Shown: piece after piece, positions 63,457 to 64,000 of the stretch
Layout of the letters: each line of letters starts with the position of its first letter
Position numbering within the stretch: position 1 is the stretch's first letter
NCBI GenBank assembly: GCA_964658305.1
Contig: OZ210885.1
Location: 10,726,001-10,790,000 of the forward strand
Source: Leptogorgia sarmentosa
Lineage: Eukaryota
Direction: 5' to 3'
Length of the DNA: 64,000 nucleotides
The notes under the pieces: generated by a model
Databases searched by the model: none
What the model was told of the DNA's origin: nothing
Seen by the model: the letters and a program-made list of their open reading frames with translations, nothing else
Translations under genes and position numbers: made by a program

Positions 63457-64000
63457 CAATTTTTCTCGATTTCTTCGAAGCACGGTGAAGACAATTGCCA
63501 CGAATATGTTGCATGAGTTATATCCAAGATGTGGACACTGATCAAATAAAAAACCTAATCAAAGAGCCTTATGTACGATAAAGCATCTTAGAAGGTTTCA
63601 CCTGCATGTCGCCTCATTAGTTCAGGGGTATAGAGAATTGTCGAATTTAAAATACGTAATAATAAGCATTTATAACTGGATTGGCGTTCATATCATTTTG
63701 TGGGGAAAATATTTAATGGAAGGACGTTATATTGAGCAGTGGTTTGACGTTTAAGTTTAATATAGACGTGTCATAATCTATGACGCAACGACGAGAGCAC
63801 ATGTTTAGAAGAGTGCGCTTCGATTGCTAGTAGGAACATTTAGTTCAGTGTATTGGGTTTGTATTTGTGCTAACCACGCAGGGCTGTATATAAGTTTATG
63901 CTAACCGGGAGAACGTTCATTGTTTAGTTGAATTTGTAACAGAAGTGAGTACGCTTATATCTTATATCTATGGTCATAAATCTATTAATTTGCATGCGTA

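Overview
AT-rich eukaryotic genomic DNA with GT-AG introns, Pol III tRNA genes and many MITEs. The repeat and gene repertoire suggests an invertebrate, plausibly an anthozoan cnidarian (inference). The main find is a ~13-kb Mutator/MULE-superfamily DNA transposon (17172-30142). It has ~1-kb terminal inverted repeats carrying 31-bp tandem arrays and a 9-bp target-site duplication (GATTTACGC), confirmed by two empty-site paralogues in the same window. Inside it, 11 phase-compatible exons reconstruct ONE ~1815-aa polypeptide: Ser/Thr kinase, then a putative Cys/Asp-Ser-His peptidase (herpes C76 deubiquitinase-like), an acidic linker, a CG-1-like DNA-binding domain, a MULE DDE transposase, a SWIM finger and a C-terminal zinc finger. 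One in-frame TAG interrupts it. A second, truncated element with the same terminal motif (ends 46862) carries a decayed ParB/Srx-like gene. Host genes look immune-related: a minus-strand HEPN-coiled-coil-NB-ARC (NLR/STAND-like) gene with a dead NACHT exon in an intron, and a plus-strand RNase L/IRE1-like kinase-KEN ribonuclease gene probably spliced to a TPR array and preceded by a decayed HEPN exon. The window also holds a tRNA gene/pseudogene cluster (37.4-43.8 kb, partly duplicated at 62.6-63.5 kb), a local tandem segmental duplication, Kolobok-, hAT-, Tc1- and Harbinger-type non-autonomous elements, and a LINE 3' fragment. All domain calls come from reading motifs by eye, not from searches.
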